A DNA stretch of 64,000 nucleotides from positions 58,843-122,842 of the forward strand of contig CABYXE010000001.1 in assembly GCA_902522825.1 (NCBI GenBank). The letters are read 5' to 3'. Origin of the DNA: an uncultured SAR86 cluster bacterium. Its GTDB lineage: Bacteria; Pseudomonadota; Gammaproteobacteria; Magnimaribacterales; AG-339-G14. Shown here piece after piece: positions 9,086 to 19,964 of this stretch; the stretch's first letter is position 1, and every line of letters begins with the position of its first letter. The notes under the pieces were generated by a model, which searched no databases, was not told the origin of the DNA, and saw only the letters and a list, made by a program, of their open reading frames with translations. The translations under genes and the position numbers were made by a program.

Positions 9086-10546
9086 TTATTTATCTAATTT
9101 AGAAAATTTTAAATAGCCATCATCAAGTTTTTTAAATTTTATATCAATCCAATCTTTAAAATAATCTTGAAGATTAACCCAAGGCTTTTCTTTACCTTGT
9201 CTAGGTTGAGTTTCAGCAGCTCTTTTTAAATAACCTGAAGAAAATCCATTCAAGAAATCATCAGATTCTTCCATATTCACTTCGAACTGAGGGCAAACTA
9301 TTTCAAAATCATTTTTTTTCATATGTTTAATCAAACGACATACATACTCGCTTGTAAGATCTGCTTTTAAAGTCCATGAAGCGTTAATATAGCCAAAACA
9401 ACTTACAAGATTAGGAACTCCGCTATACATTAAACTTCTGTAAGTGTAAGTATCAGAAGCCTCAATAGGCTTATTATCAATACTCATTTTTACCCCTCCA
9501 AAAGATTCCAAAATTAAACCAGTTGCTGTAACAATTAAATCTGCAGGTAAAAATTTACCAGATTTTAATTTAATTCCTTTTTCTTCAAATTTTTCAATGT
9601 GATCAGTTACAACCGAGGAAGTTTTAGCTTTAATGGATTCAAAGAAATCGCTATTAGGTATAAGACAAATTCTTTGATCCCATGGGTTGTACGAAGGTGT
9701 GAAATGTTCGTCAACAATTTTTTCGGGCAATTCCTCTTTAATCATATTTAAAATTCTTTCTTTTGTTTTAAGCGGATAGGCTCTTGCTCGTTTAAAAAAG
9801 AAATTTTGGAAAAAAATATTTCTAATCCTTATTAATGCGTAAGCTAATCTGTCTGGAATGAATCTTCTTAGATTATTAGCCAAGTAATCCTCATCCGGGG
9901 CTGATACAAAATAAGTAGGCGATCTTTGTAACATCGTAGTGTGTTTGGTTTTTTTTGCTAACTCAGGAACGATAGTAGCTGCCGTTGCACCACTGCCAAT
10001 AACAACAACTTCTTTATTTTCATAATTTATATTGTCGGACCATTTTTGTGGATGAACGATCTGTCCCTCAAAATTTTCTGACCCTTCAAATTTTGGTTCA
10101 TATCCATGATCGTACTTATAATAACCAGAACACATATAAAGTAATTTTGCCTTAAAATTGATTTCTTGATTATTAGCCTTATCAGTTACTCTAACTATCC
10201 ATCTGCTCTCTTCTGAAGACCAATTAGCCGTTTCAACGTGATGGTTGTACCTAATATGTTGGTGTAATTCATATTCGTCTATCGTTTCTTCTAGGTAATC
10301 CATTATTGCCGGTGCATTAGCTATAGATTTTTTATGGGTCCAAGGTTTAAAAGAATATCCAAGGGTGTGCATATCAGAATCTGATCTGACTCCAGGGTAT
10401 TTAAAGAGATCCCATGTTCCACCAAAACTTTCTCTTCCTTCTAAAATTACATACTTTTGATCAGGACACTTTAAATTCAAATGGGCTCCAGCACCGATAC
10501 CAGAAATTCCAGCTCCAACTACTACTACATCATATTCATTTTCCAT
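9086..10546 (-). CDS. Flavin-containing (Baeyer-Villiger, EthA-like) monooxygenase
   Basis: GAGISG, GGTWDLFKYPG.RSDSD, FEGQIVHPQKW, GSGATA. Confidence 0.88.
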   Translation of the reverse strand: MENEYDVVVVGAGISGIGAGAHLNLKCPDQKYVILEGRESFGGTWDLFKYPGVRSDSDMHTLGYSFKPWTHKKSIANAPAIMDYLEETIDEYELHQHIRYNHHVETANWSSEESRWIVRVTDKANNQEINFKAKLLYMCSGYYKYDHGYEPKFEGSENFEGQIVHPQKWSDNINYENKEVVVIGSGATAATIVPELAKKTKHTTMLQRSPTYFVSAPDEDYLANNLRRFIPDRLAYALIRIRNIFFQNFFFKRARAYPLKTKERILNMIKEELPEKIVDEHFTPSYNPWDQRICLIPNSDFFESIKAKTSSVVTDHIEKFEEKGIKLKSGKFLPADLIVTATGLILESFGGVKMSIDNKPIEASDTYTYRSLMYSGVPNLVSCFGYINASWTLKADLTSEYVCRLIKHMKKNDFEIVCPQFEVNMEESDDFLNGFSSGYLKRAAETQPRQGKEKPWVNLQDYFKDWIDIKFKKLDDGYLKFSKLDK

Positions 10547-10596
10547 GAGGCTATTTTAATACAAAAAACATTAAATTCTTCAACTTTAAATTTTAA

Positions 10597-10962
10597 TTAA
10601 TCATTTGAAACAAGCGGAAAGCCGGCATTTATCCAATCTCCTATTCCACCTTTAAGTGAAAAAACTTTTGCATAACCCATTTCTTGTAATGATTTACATC
10701 CTAAAACTGATCTTACTCCGCGAGCACAATATAGAACTATCTCTTCTTCTCTATCAAAAACATGTCCTTCTATACTTTTTTCTAATACCCCTCTACCAAT
10801 ATGATCAGCTTTGTTAATTTTTCCATGCAGTAATTCGTTATCTTCTCTAATATCTATCAAAGTAAACTTTGAATCATCATCGAGTAGTTTTTTTAATTGA
10901 AAAATATCGATTTCTTTTACATCTTTTGCTGCATCATTAAGTATTTCAGAAAAAGTTTTCAT
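10597..10962 (-). CDS. Single-domain rhodanese / sulfurtransferase
   Basis: DIRE, YCARGVRS, LKGGIGDW. Start MKTF at 10962. Confidence 0.88.
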   Translation of the reverse strand: MKTFSEILNDAAKDVKEIDIFQLKKLLDDDSKFTLIDIREDNELLHGKINKADHIGRGVLEKSIEGHVFDREEEIVLYCARGVRSVLGCKSLQEMGYAKVFSLKGGIGDWINAGFPLVSND

Positions 10963-10963
10963 T

Positions 10964-11173
10964 TTACTTAGGCATATATTTCTTTTTAGCAAGCCTAACT
11001 AAAAAATAAATTGGGGAGATGACTAAAATACAAATAAATATTTCTGGCCAAAAAGGCATATCTATTTGATTTCGAATAAAAGCTCCTAAATAAACACTTC
11101 CAATACCCATAAAGGCATAGATGATAAATAAAGTAACGTCTATTTTATCTAAAATTCTGCTTATTAAATTCAT
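10964..11173 (-). CDS. Hypothetical 2-TM membrane protein
   Basis: 69-aa ORF with two hydrophobic helices, abutting the rhodanese gene. Confidence 0.6.
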   Translation of the reverse strand: MNLISRILDKIDVTLFIIYAFMGIGSVYLGAFIRNQIDMPFWPEIFICILVISPIYFLVRLAKKKYMPK

Positions 11174-11246
11174 ATTAATGAAAAAATTTATTCTTTTGCT
11201 TTAAACAGCAATAATAGAGTATTGTATTTCATTTCAAGAATTAAAA

Positions 11247-12020
11247 ATGGATATATTTATGGAAGATTTAGTATTATCGGTTCAAGGTCACACAGCATTT
11301 ATAAAAATAAATCGGCCGCCAAATAATTATTTTGATTCAAATTTAATTTCTCAAATTGCAGATTTTCTAGAAGAGCAAGATAAAAATATTGATTGTCGTT
11401 CAATTATTCTTCATTCAGAAGGCAAACACTTTTGTGCAGGTGCCGACTTTACTAAATCAAGTTTTAAAAATGAATCAGATGCTTATGCTGCTTTATATGA
11501 TCAAGCTGTAAGATTATTTAGAACAACAAAACCCATTATTGCGGTAATACAAGGCGCTGCTGTTGGCGGAGGATTAGGGGTTGCTTTAGCAGCAGATTTT
11601 AGAGTAGCCTGTCCCGAATCAAGGTTTAGTGCAAATTTCTCAAAACTTGGATTCCATCAAGGTTTTGGAACAACTATTACTCTTCCAAGAGCAGTTGGTG
11701 CTCAAAAGGCTAAGTGGATGTTACTTACTAGCGCCAGATTAAAGGGAAAAGAAGCTTTTGAAATAGGATTGGCAGATTATCTAGTGGAAAAAGACAACTT
11801 AATGGAGAAAGCTTTAGAACTTGCGTCTGAGATTAATTCTGCAGGACCTCTTGGAGTTCAAGCTATAAGGTTCACAGTAAATGAAGGAATTGCCGATGAA
11901 ATTGAAAAAATAGTTAAATGGGAATTATCCGAGCAAGATAGATTAAGAGAAACTAGTGATTTCAAGGAAGGCATCAAAGCCTCACTAGAAAGAAAAGAGC
12001 CAAATTTTAAGGGCTCTTAA
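11247..12020 (+). CDS. Enoyl-CoA hydratase/isomerase family protein
   Basis: FCAGADF and GAAVGGG crotonase motifs. Confidence 0.9.
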   Translation: MDIFMEDLVLSVQGHTAFIKINRPPNNYFDSNLISQIADFLEEQDKNIDCRSIILHSEGKHFCAGADFTKSSFKNESDAYAALYDQAVRLFRTTKPIIAVIQGAAVGGGLGVALAADFRVACPESRFSANFSKLGFHQGFGTTITLPRAVGAQKAKWMLLTSARLKGKEAFEIGLADYLVEKDNLMEKALELASEINSAGPLGVQAIRFTVNEGIADEIEKIVKWELSEQDRLRETSDFKEGIKASLERKEPNFKGS

Positions 12021-12486
12021 TCTTCAACCTAAACTCAAAATCTAAGTCACCTAATTGATCGTGACTTTCTTTAAGATTTCTTATTTTTTCATAGGATTTT
12101 TCTGAGAATGGAGTTGATTTTCTTTTGACCATATCTATATGAATCAACAAAACTTCAGAAATGGCTGATATTTCTTCTTTTTCATTTAGAAGCACAGCTG
12201 CTTGATGAATTAGCTTTTTATTTACATTTACGATGCGATAGCAAGGAATTATTTTTTCTCCCAAAAGATTCTCTTTGAGATACCTAATATTTTCCTCAAG
12301 CGTAAAAGTAGAAAATTCCATTCTGACTGATTCGTTATCCCAAGAAAATCCTAAATCCTTATATAGCTCAAAACCGCCCTCATCAAAAACCTTTGAGTAA
12401 TAGGAAACATTCATGTGCCCATTAAGATCACACATATCCTTAGTCACAGTAACTATATTGCCTTTATATGGAAACTTATTTTTCAT
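12007..12486 (-). CDS. Acyl-CoA thioesterase (hotdog fold)
   Basis: DLNGHMNVSYY motif. Confidence 0.85.
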   Translation of the reverse strand: MKNKFPYKGNIVTVTKDMCDLNGHMNVSYYSKVFDEGGFELYKDLGFSWDNESVRMEFSTFTLEENIRYLKENLLGEKIIPCYRIVNVNKKLIHQAAVLLNEKEEISAISEVLLIHIDMVKRKSTPFSEKSYEKIRNLKESHDQLGDLDFEFRLKIKSP

Positions 12487-12520
12487 ATAGTGTATTAAGA
12501 AAATTTAATTTTAAAAAATA

Positions 12521-14014
12521 ATGGCAGATAATAGCTTACTCATAATTCTTGGCAACCAATTATTTCCATTGTCGGAAATTAAAAAAACAAAAACAAAGAA
12601 GATCTTTATGAAAGAGGATCTAGGTCTTTGTACTAATTACAAGCATCATAAACTTAAAATTTTATTTTTTCTTTCTGCAATGAGACAGTATAAAGATCTT
12701 CTTCAAAGCAATGGATATGAAGTCATTTACCATGCGATCGATAATGTTGTTTTTGAAGAAAATTACTTAAAGGTCCTAAAAAAAGAAATAAAAGATAGGA
12801 AAATATCAAAGCTTACTTATTTTGAAATTGAAGATAATGAGTTCCAAGCTGATTTTAAAAAGTTTATTGAAAAGGAAAAAATAGAATCAGAAGAGTTTTA
12901 TTCTCCAATGTTTCTATGTAAAAAAAATGAATTTAAAGATTTTTTTGGAAATAAAAGTTTGAGGATGAGTAGTTTTTATCAAATGATGAGAAGGAAGCAT
13001 AATCTACTAATGGATGGGGATAAACCTAGAGGAGATAAGTGGTCTTTTGATGCTGAAAATAGAAAAAAATTGCCAAAAAATATTGAGATTCCTGTCTTGC
13101 CTAAATTAAAGTCATCTAAATATAATTCAAACTTGTCCAAAATTATTCACACTAAGTTTGAAGATCATCCAGGAAATATCGAGAATGTGTGGTTTCCGAC
13201 TAATAGGTCAGATTCGCTAAAGTGGCTTAAAAATTTTTTAAAGGAAAGATTTAAATCTTTTGGAGATTACGAAGATGCTATTGATTCAGAACATAATTTT
13301 ATTTTTCATAGCGCTTTAAGCCCCCTTCTTAATATAGGTCTTTTAACACCTGCTGAGATAATCTCTGAAACCATCAAATATTCAGAAAAAAATAATATTC
13401 CCTTAAATTCCTTGGAAGGATTTATTAGACAGATAATAGGCTGGAGGGAATTTATAAGAGGTACTTATCATTTAAAAGGTGATGAAGAAAGACAGTCAAA
13501 CTTTTTTAATCATCATGGCAAACTCCATGAATCATGGTATTTAGGTGATACTGGAATTCCGCCACTTGATGATGCAATTAAAGATTGTCTTAACTATGGA
13601 TACACTCATCATATTCCTAGACTAATGATCATAAGCAATCTTATGACTCTTTCTAGAATTCATCCTGAAGAAATATATAAATGGTTCATGGAAATGTTTA
13701 TAGATTCCTCTGAGTGGGTAATGGTTCCAAACGTTTTTGGCATGGGCACTTTTGCTGATGGTGGGATATTTGCTACTAAACCTTATTCATGTGGTTCAAA
13801 TTATTTACTCAAGATGAGTAACTACAAAAAAGGACCATGGTGTGATGTTGTAGATGGTTTGTACTGGAAATTCATGAGTGACAATAAGAAATTTTTTTCT
13901 TCAAACCCACGTTTATCTATTTTGCCAAGATCCCTAGATAGAATGAAGCCTGAACGAAAAAATTTAATTTTTAATGAAGCAGACAAATTTATTAATACCT
14001 ACACATCAAAATGA
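12521..14014 (+). CDS. Cryptochrome/photolyase family, bacterial (6-4) photolyase (PhrB/CryB-like)
   Basis: [50 protein letters not shown] motifs. Confidence 0.9.
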   Translation: MADNSLLIILGNQLFPLSEIKKTKTKKIFMKEDLGLCTNYKHHKLKILFFLSAMRQYKDLLQSNGYEVIYHAIDNVVFEENYLKVLKKEIKDRKISKLTYFEIEDNEFQADFKKFIEKEKIESEEFYSPMFLCKKNEFKDFFGNKSLRMSSFYQMMRRKHNLLMDGDKPRGDKWSFDAENRKKLPKNIEIPVLPKLKSSKYNSNLSKIIHTKFEDHPGNIENVWFPTNRSDSLKWLKNFLKERFKSFGDYEDAIDSEHNFIFHSALSPLLNIGLLTPAEIISETIKYSEKNNIPLNSLEGFIRQIIGWREFIRGTYHLKGDEERQSNFFNHHGKLHESWYLGDTGIPPLDDAIKDCLNYGYTHHIPRLMIISNLMTLSRIHPEEIYKWFMEMFIDSSEWVMVPNVFGMGTFADGGIFATKPYSCGSNYLLKMSNYKKGPWCDVVDGLYWKFMSDNKKFFSSNPRLSILPRSLDRMKPERKNLIFNEADKFINTYTSK

Positions 14015-14142
14015 AGAGTAAAGAAAATAAAATTTGCAAAGTTTGCAATAAGCCCTTCAGTTGGAGAAAAAAATGGGAGCGAGATTGGGAAAATGTAATT
14101 TATTGCTCTGAGAGATGCAGAAGAAATAAAAAGACTAACTGA
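14011..14142 (+). CDS. DUF2256-like 43-aa Cys-rich protein (not in ORF track)
   Basis: Hand translation [43 protein letters not shown]; ATGA overlap with the photolyase stop. Confidence 0.88.
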   Translation: MKSKENKICKVCNKPFSWRKKWERDWENVIYCSERCRRNKKTN

Positions 14143-15142
14143 TTCTAATTACTACCTTTCCAATCAATTCCCTATTTTCTAAAAATTCTAAAGCTTTTTT
14201 GGAGTCTATGAAATCAAAGATCTTACAAATATGTGGTCTAATTTTATTGTCTTCTGCTAATGAATTAATGATGTCTATATTTTCTCTACCTAAAAGAGGA
14301 TCTCTTCTGCCAAACTCTCCAGCTCTAACCCCCACAACTGAAAATCCTTTGATTAATGGATAATTAACCGGCAAAGTTGGAATTGTTCCTCCCGCAAAAC
14401 CAATTATCAGTAATCTTCCGCCCCAATTGATGCATCTGATTGACTGATCAAAAACTTCCCCCCCGACTGGATCATAAATAACGTCTGCTCCTTTTCCACC
14501 AGTTAAATCTTTAACTTTATCTTTAAAAGAGACTTCGTCATTCTCATAAATATTTATTACTTCATCTGCTCCCCAGCTTTTAACTACTTCTAATTTTTTA
14601 TCTGATGTTCCAGTCGCAATAACATTTGCTCCGTATAACTTACCTAATTGTACTGCTGCCATACCTACTCCTCCCGAAGCACCATGAACTAAAAGTGTCT
14701 CGCCTCTTTGAAGTTGCCCTCTTCTAATCAATCCTACGTAGGCCGTAAGATAGGCTGTTTTAAATGCAGCAGCTTCTTCAAATGAATAAGTTTCTGGTTT
14801 GGGAGAAATCATGGACTCAGATACGACAATAGCTTTGGCTATTGCTCCATGACCCCAGCCACCAAACATTACTTCATCGCCGACTTTATAATTTTTAACT
14901 TTCGAGCCCAGATGAGATATCACACCAGAACCTTCCATGCCCAATGCGAAAGGTAAATTTGGTTTATTTTGATATTTTCCTTGAGTCATTAGTAGATCAG
15001 GAAAGTTTAAAGACGCAGCTTTAATATCTATTTTTACAGAATTTTCTGAAACTTTTAAAATTTCAATTTCTTTTATTGATAAGCCACTAAGATCGTCTGA
15101 AAGATTTGAACAAACAAATCCTTCAGTAAGATCTTCAGACAT
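14135..15142 (-). CDS. NADPH:quinone oxidoreductase (MDR family)
   Basis: [24 protein letters not shown]. Confidence 0.9.
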   Translation of the reverse strand: MSEDLTEGFVCSNLSDDLSGLSIKEIEILKVSENSVKIDIKAASLNFPDLLMTQGKYQNKPNLPFALGMEGSGVISHLGSKVKNYKVGDEVMFGGWGHGAIAKAIVVSESMISPKPETYSFEEAAAFKTAYLTAYVGLIRRGQLQRGETLLVHGASGGVGMAAVQLGKLYGANVIATGTSDKKLEVVKSWGADEVINIYENDEVSFKDKVKDLTGGKGADVIYDPVGGEVFDQSIRCINWGGRLLIIGFAGGTIPTLPVNYPLIKGFSVVGVRAGEFGRRDPLLGRENIDIINSLAEDNKIRPHICKIFDFIDSKKALEFLENRELIGKVVIRIS

Positions 15143-15156
15143 TTGGGAGACTATTG

Positions 15157-16419
15157 TTAAGCTTCAGCTGCTTTAGCTTTATCCTCAATATTAGTCACTC
15201 TAGCCGCTTGATGCTTGCTAAGTTCTATCCTTGCAATAGTTCTACGATGAACTTCATCTGGACCATCTGCCAGTCTCAAGGTTCTCATTCCTGAATACAT
15301 TCTAGCTAAAGGCGTATCTTGTGAAACTCCCTCTCCACCATGCATTTGAATAGCTTTATCAATAACAGCTAAAGCCATTTTAGGAACTGCAACTTTAATT
15401 TGTGCAATGTCAGATTTAGCGATTTTGTTACCTAATTTATCCATGCGATCTGCTGCTCTATAAGTTAACAATCTGCACATTTCAATTTCAGTTCTGCAAT
15501 CTGCGATGATGTCGTAATTACCACCCAATTCAGCCAAGGGTTTATTGAATGCAATTCTATCTAATGATCTTTTGCAAAGTAAATCCAAAGCTCTTTCTGC
15601 TACACCAATTGTTCTCATACAATGATGAATACGGCCTGGGCCCAAGCGTCCTTGCGCAATTTCAAATCCCCTTCCCTCGCCTAAAATCATATTTGATTTA
15701 GGCACTCGAACATCAGTGAATTTCATATGAGCATGTCCGTGAGGAGCGTCATCATTTCCAAATACTTTCATCATTCTTAAGACTTCAACTCCAGGAGTAT
15801 CCATAGGAACTAAAACTTGTGACTGTCTTTGATGCTTAGGATTATCTGGGTTTGAAACACCCATAAAGATAATGATTTTGCATCTTGGATCACCGGCACC
15901 TGAAGTCCACCACTTCTCACCGTTAATAACGTATTCGTCGCCGTCTTCAACTATAGAGCTACAAATATTAGTAGCATCTGAGGAAGCGACATTAGGTTCA
16001 GTCATTCCAAAAGCAGATCTAATTTCACCTGCAAGCAATGGTTCTAGCCATTCTCTTTTTTGTTCATCAGTTCCGTATTTATCAATTACTTCCATATTCC
16101 CTGTATCAGGAGCAGAGCAATTAAAAACTTCTGAAGCAATGCCAACTGTACCCATCAATTCTGATAAAGGTGCATATTCTAAATTTGTAAGACCATAGCC
16201 ATATTCGGATTCTGGTAAAAATAAATTCCATAGACCAGCTTTTTTAGCTTTTTCTTTAAGCTCATCTAAAACTGGAGGTTGTTCCCATCTGTTTCCATTA
16301 GCGCTCATCTCTTCGTGCTGTTGGTGATAAGTAATTTCACCTTCGTAAAGGTGATCGTCCATAAACTGTTGTATTTTTCCTAAGATTTCTTTCGTTTTAT
16401 CTGAATGTTCAAAATCCAT
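15157..16419 (-). CDS. Acyl-CoA dehydrogenase (ACAD10/11, FadE2-like)
   Basis: [45 protein letters not shown]. Confidence 0.92.
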   Translation of the reverse strand: MDFEHSDKTKEILGKIQQFMDDHLYEGEITYHQQHEEMSANGNRWEQPPVLDELKEKAKKAGLWNLFLPESEYGYGLTNLEYAPLSELMGTVGIASEVFNCSAPDTGNMEVIDKYGTDEQKREWLEPLLAGEIRSAFGMTEPNVASSDATNICSSIVEDGDEYVINGEKWWTSGAGDPRCKIIIFMGVSNPDNPKHQRQSQVLVPMDTPGVEVLRMMKVFGNDDAPHGHAHMKFTDVRVPKSNMILGEGRGFEIAQGRLGPGRIHHCMRTIGVAERALDLLCKRSLDRIAFNKPLAELGGNYDIIADCRTEIEMCRLLTYRAADRMDKLGNKIAKSDIAQIKVAVPKMALAVIDKAIQMHGGEGVSQDTPLARMYSGMRTLRLADGPDEVHRRTIARIELSKHQAARVTNIEDKAKAAEA

Positions 16420-16519
16420 TGTTTTCTCCTTTTTACCTTTTATTTATTATCAAAATTCTACATCTTTCAAGAACTTTTAGTAAGATAAATATCATATTTA
16501 AACTAATTGGAATATTTAA

Positions 16520-17281
16520 ATGATTAAGTCCTTAGACAGAATCTCTTATCTTACAAACTCTTTAGAACAAACCGAAAAAACTTTTTCAGCTTTTTTTAAT
16601 TCAAACCCATCGAAAAAAATAGTTTCAAAGGATAGAAACTATGAATCGTTGCTATATATTTTTGAAAATATCAATTTTGAAATTATCAAAAAAAGTGAAG
16701 ACTCACCCAAAGAAGATAAGTTAAGTGGTTTTTCTATGTTATCCGACGATCTAACAAGTCTAAATATCTCAACTTCATACGATAAATATGAAAATAACGA
16801 AGAATCCAACGAAAAAGTCCAATTAGTTAAGTCTATAAGCATAAATCAGTCTCCAGACTTTCAGTTGTCTGTGAATGAATATGAGTATTCAAATGTAAGT
16901 CCTACAATCGAGAATAATTTATTCGCCTTGGATCATCTTGTTCTGACAACTAATAAAAGTGATGAATTAATAAACCTTTATGAAAAAGAGCTAGGTATTA
17001 GACTTGCTTTAGATCAATTCGTTGAAAAATGGGGAGGTCGAATGCTTTTTTTTAGAACTGGGCAAGCAACTATTGAAGTAATTGATAATAAAGTTGAAGG
17101 CAATGATCAATTTTGGGGTCTGGCATGGAAGACAAAAGATATTAGAAAAAAAAGAGAATACCTTATTAAAAATGGATTCAACGTCAGTGATGTTAAAGAC
17201 GGTAGAAAAAAAGATACTTTGGTTGCAACAGTTAAATTTGACGAGATTAAAATACCTACCCTTCTAGTAGAACATTTATAG
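16520..17281 (+). CDS. VOC/glyoxalase family protein
   Basis: Two VOC-like repeats (LDRI..., LDHLV); C-terminal GRK..T.V.T motif. Confidence 0.7.
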   Translation: MIKSLDRISYLTNSLEQTEKTFSAFFNSNPSKKIVSKDRNYESLLYIFENINFEIIKKSEDSPKEDKLSGFSMLSDDLTSLNISTSYDKYENNEESNEKVQLVKSISINQSPDFQLSVNEYEYSNVSPTIENNLFALDHLVLTTNKSDELINLYEKELGIRLALDQFVEKWGGRMLFFRTGQATIEVIDNKVEGNDQFWGLAWKTKDIRKKREYLIKNGFNVSDVKDGRKKDTLVATVKFDEIKIPTLLVEHL

Positions 17282-17977
17282 TAATGCTATCTCTTTGAAA
17301 CTTTTCTCGATTAAATTGCCTTTTTCCGAAGTCACTTCATAAGAACCTTTATCCTTTTTAAAAATTACAGATTTAAATTGTGTATCGTTTTTGATATGCA
17401 AAGCTGCACCGCCATCAACGGCAAGAACATTTTTTAACTTCTTTGAAAGGATTAACTTTTTCACTGTTGGCTTTCTTTCAGGCTCTTCGTCGTAATGAGG
17501 ACAACAAGTTCCTTTAATAAAATTCATGCAAGGCATTACTTTTAAATTTGAACCCCATGAGTCCGTAATGCCATTTTGGAACCAGCAAATAGCTCCTGCA
17601 CTGACGCCGCTCATAACTACTCCTTCTTTGTAAGCTTTTTTAAGAATCTTATCTAAACCCCATTCTTTCCATACCGCCAACATGCTTTTAGTATTTCCTC
17701 CGCCTACAAAAATCGCGTCTTGATTAAAAATAAGTTTTTTTAGATCTGGAGTTCTTTTAAAAAAATCCAAATGCGAGGGATTGCAATTAAGTTTAGAAAA
17801 GGTTGCATAATAATTAACTTTATATGCTTCATTATCGCCAGTGGCAGTAGGTATGAAACAAATGTCAGGGATCTTTTTTTTTGTTTGTTTGAGTATGTAT
17901 TCTTCAATAACTCCTTCTCCTGGATTCCGGCCAAAGCCGCCCCCGCCAATAGCAATAATGTTTCTGTCTTTAGACAT
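17276..17977 (-). CDS. Peptidase E (S51) family protein
   Basis: IGGG, FIPTA, VGGGNT, GVSAGA (nucleophile), CPHY. Confidence 0.88.
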   Translation of the reverse strand: MSKDRNIIAIGGGGFGRNPGEGVIEEYILKQTKKKIPDICFIPTATGDNEAYKVNYYATFSKLNCNPSHLDFFKRTPDLKKLIFNQDAIFVGGGNTKSMLAVWKEWGLDKILKKAYKEGVVMSGVSAGAICWFQNGITDSWGSNLKVMPCMNFIKGTCCPHYDEEPERKPTVKKLILSKKLKNVLAVDGGAALHIKNDTQFKSVIFKKDKGSYEVTSEKGNLIEKSFKEIALL

Positions 17978-17992
17978 TTATTAATAATATCT

Positions 17993-18077
17993 TGGTGCGC
18001 ATAGAGGGAGTCGAACCCCCACACCTTGCGGCACTGGTACCTAAAACCAGCGTGTCTACCAATTCCACCATATGCGC
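17993..18077 (-). tRNA. tRNA-Leu(TAG)
   Basis: GCGCATA...TATGCGC-A-CCA; anticodon arm CTGGT-TTTAGGT-ACCAG; long variable arm. Confidence 0.95.
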
Positions 18078-18103
18078 ATATAAAAGATCGATAAGTTTAA
18101 CCA

Positions 18104-18754
18104 TTATTCAGTCTCGATCAAGGCAGGTTTAGCACTTAACTCTTCTTGAATATCTAAAATAGATTGATTTGTTTGTTTTCTGTAAGCATCGACAGATTGA
18201 ACTGCCTCTTCTAACTCAGCCAATCTTTCAGAATAAGTTCTACTATTGAGTTCAAATGATGACAATTTAGCCAAACGCTTTTTCATACCTTTTAAAGACT
18301 CTTCAATGTTTTCTAGCGTTTGAGTATTCGAAGTTGAGTTATTTTGTATTTCAAAAATCTCATTACTAATAACTTTATTTTGCTCAGATAAAACTGAAAT
18401 ATCTTTTTTATTTCTTTTATTGCTTAAATCCCAAAGTTTTCTTATTTCGCGATTTATAATTTTTAGATCTGCTAAGAGTGTTTCTATGTTTTCTTCGGAA
18501 GAATCTGAACTAGACTGAACATTCTCTTCTAACGAAATTAGTCTATTGTTAATCTTAACTAAATTGTCTTGTTGTGCAGAAATACCAAAGTATGTCCAAC
18601 TAAAAGTTGCCACAATTATGACTGTTACAACCAAATAAAAGATTAAATCTTTTGGCGGTACCTGGCTAGAGACAAATATTTTTCTAGTAGATAGATTTCT
18701 ATCAGACTTTTTATCTTTTAATTCGTCTTGATTCATTGTAAATTTATGTCCCAA
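18104..18754 (-). CDS. Hypothetical membrane-anchored coiled-coil protein
   Basis: One TM helix then heptad-rich sequence with REIRKLW. Start uncertain (TTG 18754 or ATG 18736). Confidence 0.7.
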   Translation of the reverse strand: MGHKFTMNQDELKDKKSDRNLSTRKIFVSSQVPPKDLIFYLVVTVIIVATFSWTYFGISAQQDNLVKINNRLISLEENVQSSSDSSEENIETLLADLKIINREIRKLWDLSNKRNKKDISVLSEQNKVISNEIFEIQNNSTSNTQTLENIEESLKGMKKRLAKLSSFELNSRTYSERLAELEEAVQSVDAYRKQTNQSILDIQEELSAKPALIETE

Positions 18755-18829
18755 TTAAGACATTTTAAGTTTTCTTTGATTGGTTGTAACTACTTAAGTA
18801 AGGTGAAGGCCTTATAAAATGGAGAAGAG

Positions 18830-19939
18830 ATGAATTTTAGTTTTTCAAACGAGCAAATATTAATGCAAGAAGAGGTAAAAAAGCTTCTTGATAAAGAAAA
18901 TTCTGTAAAAAGAAATAGAACAATTTTAGAAGGAGATGAAAAGTTTGATGAAGAACTCTGGAAATCTCTTGTCGCTATGGGCTTAACTGCCACAACCATT
19001 CCAGAAGAATATGGCGGAATTGGAATGGGTTTTCTTGAGTTATGCGTCATTGCAGAAGAATTAGGTAGAGGCATTGCACCAGTTCCCTTCTCTTCAAGCG
19101 TTTATCTTGCAACTACCGGCATTCTAAATTCATCTAATGAAGAGGTGAAAAAAGAATATCTTCCTAAATTAGCAGGTGGAGAAATAATTGGTACGTTTGC
19201 TCATTCAGAAAAAACGTCTTTTCCAGATGAATCAGGTATATCCGTTTCTGCAAGTGGAAATGAAATTTCTGGACAAAAAATTGCAGTGCCTGATGGAGAT
19301 ATTGCTGATTTTGCAATCGTCTCAGCGAGTACTGGAAAAAATGTCGGCCTTTTCTTAGTAAATTTAAAAGATGATAGTGTTGCTATAGAAACTTTAGATA
19401 CTTTTGACCCTTCAAGATCTCATGCCAATATTACTTTTAATAATGCAGAAGGAATTTTATTACAAGATGATGCTTGGTCTTCTATTGAAAAATTACTTGA
19501 TCAATCAGCTGTGCTTTTTGCTTTTGAACAAGTTGGTGGTGCTGAGGCCGCAATGAATATGGCCAAAGAATACGCTATGGGAAGATATGCATTTGGAAGA
19601 GCGATAGCTTCCTTTCAAGCCATTAAACATAAGGTTGCTGATATGTATGTTTCTCTGCAACTTGCTAGATCAAATTGCTACTACGGAGCTTGGGCTTTAA
19701 GTAATGACTCTTCAGAATTACCAACTGCGGCAGCGACTGCTCGGGTAAGTGCGACAAAGGCTTTTTACGAGTGTTCTAAAGAAAATATTCAGACTCATGG
19801 AGGTATGGGTGCTACTTGGGAATTTGATTGCCACCTTTTTTACAGGCGCGCAAGGCTACTTTCAAGCAATATAGGCAGTCAAGGAATATGGAAAGATAAA
19901 TTAATTACATCGCTGGAAAAAAGTAATTCACCAGCTTAA
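18830..19939 (+). CDS. Acyl-CoA dehydrogenase, short partner subunit
   Basis: IPEEYGG, R.AFGR.IASFQAIKH, QTHGGMG.TWE. Confidence 0.9.
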   Translation: MNFSFSNEQILMQEEVKKLLDKENSVKRNRTILEGDEKFDEELWKSLVAMGLTATTIPEEYGGIGMGFLELCVIAEELGRGIAPVPFSSSVYLATTGILNSSNEEVKKEYLPKLAGGEIIGTFAHSEKTSFPDESGISVSASGNEISGQKIAVPDGDIADFAIVSASTGKNVGLFLVNLKDDSVAIETLDTFDPSRSHANITFNNAEGILLQDDAWSSIEKLLDQSAVLFAFEQVGGAEAAMNMAKEYAMGRYAFGRAIASFQAIKHKVADMYVSLQLARSNCYYGAWALSNDSSELPTAAATARVSATKAFYECSKENIQTHGGMGATWEFDCHLFYRRARLLSSNIGSQGIWKDKLITSLEKSNSPA

Positions 19940-19964
19940 AATAGAAAAATATTAGGAGATTATT

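Noticed and set aside
17740-18024. 94-aa and 77-aa ORFs spanning tRNA-Leu and the peptidase E gene
   Set aside because: Overlap a tRNA and a well-supported CDS; spurious.
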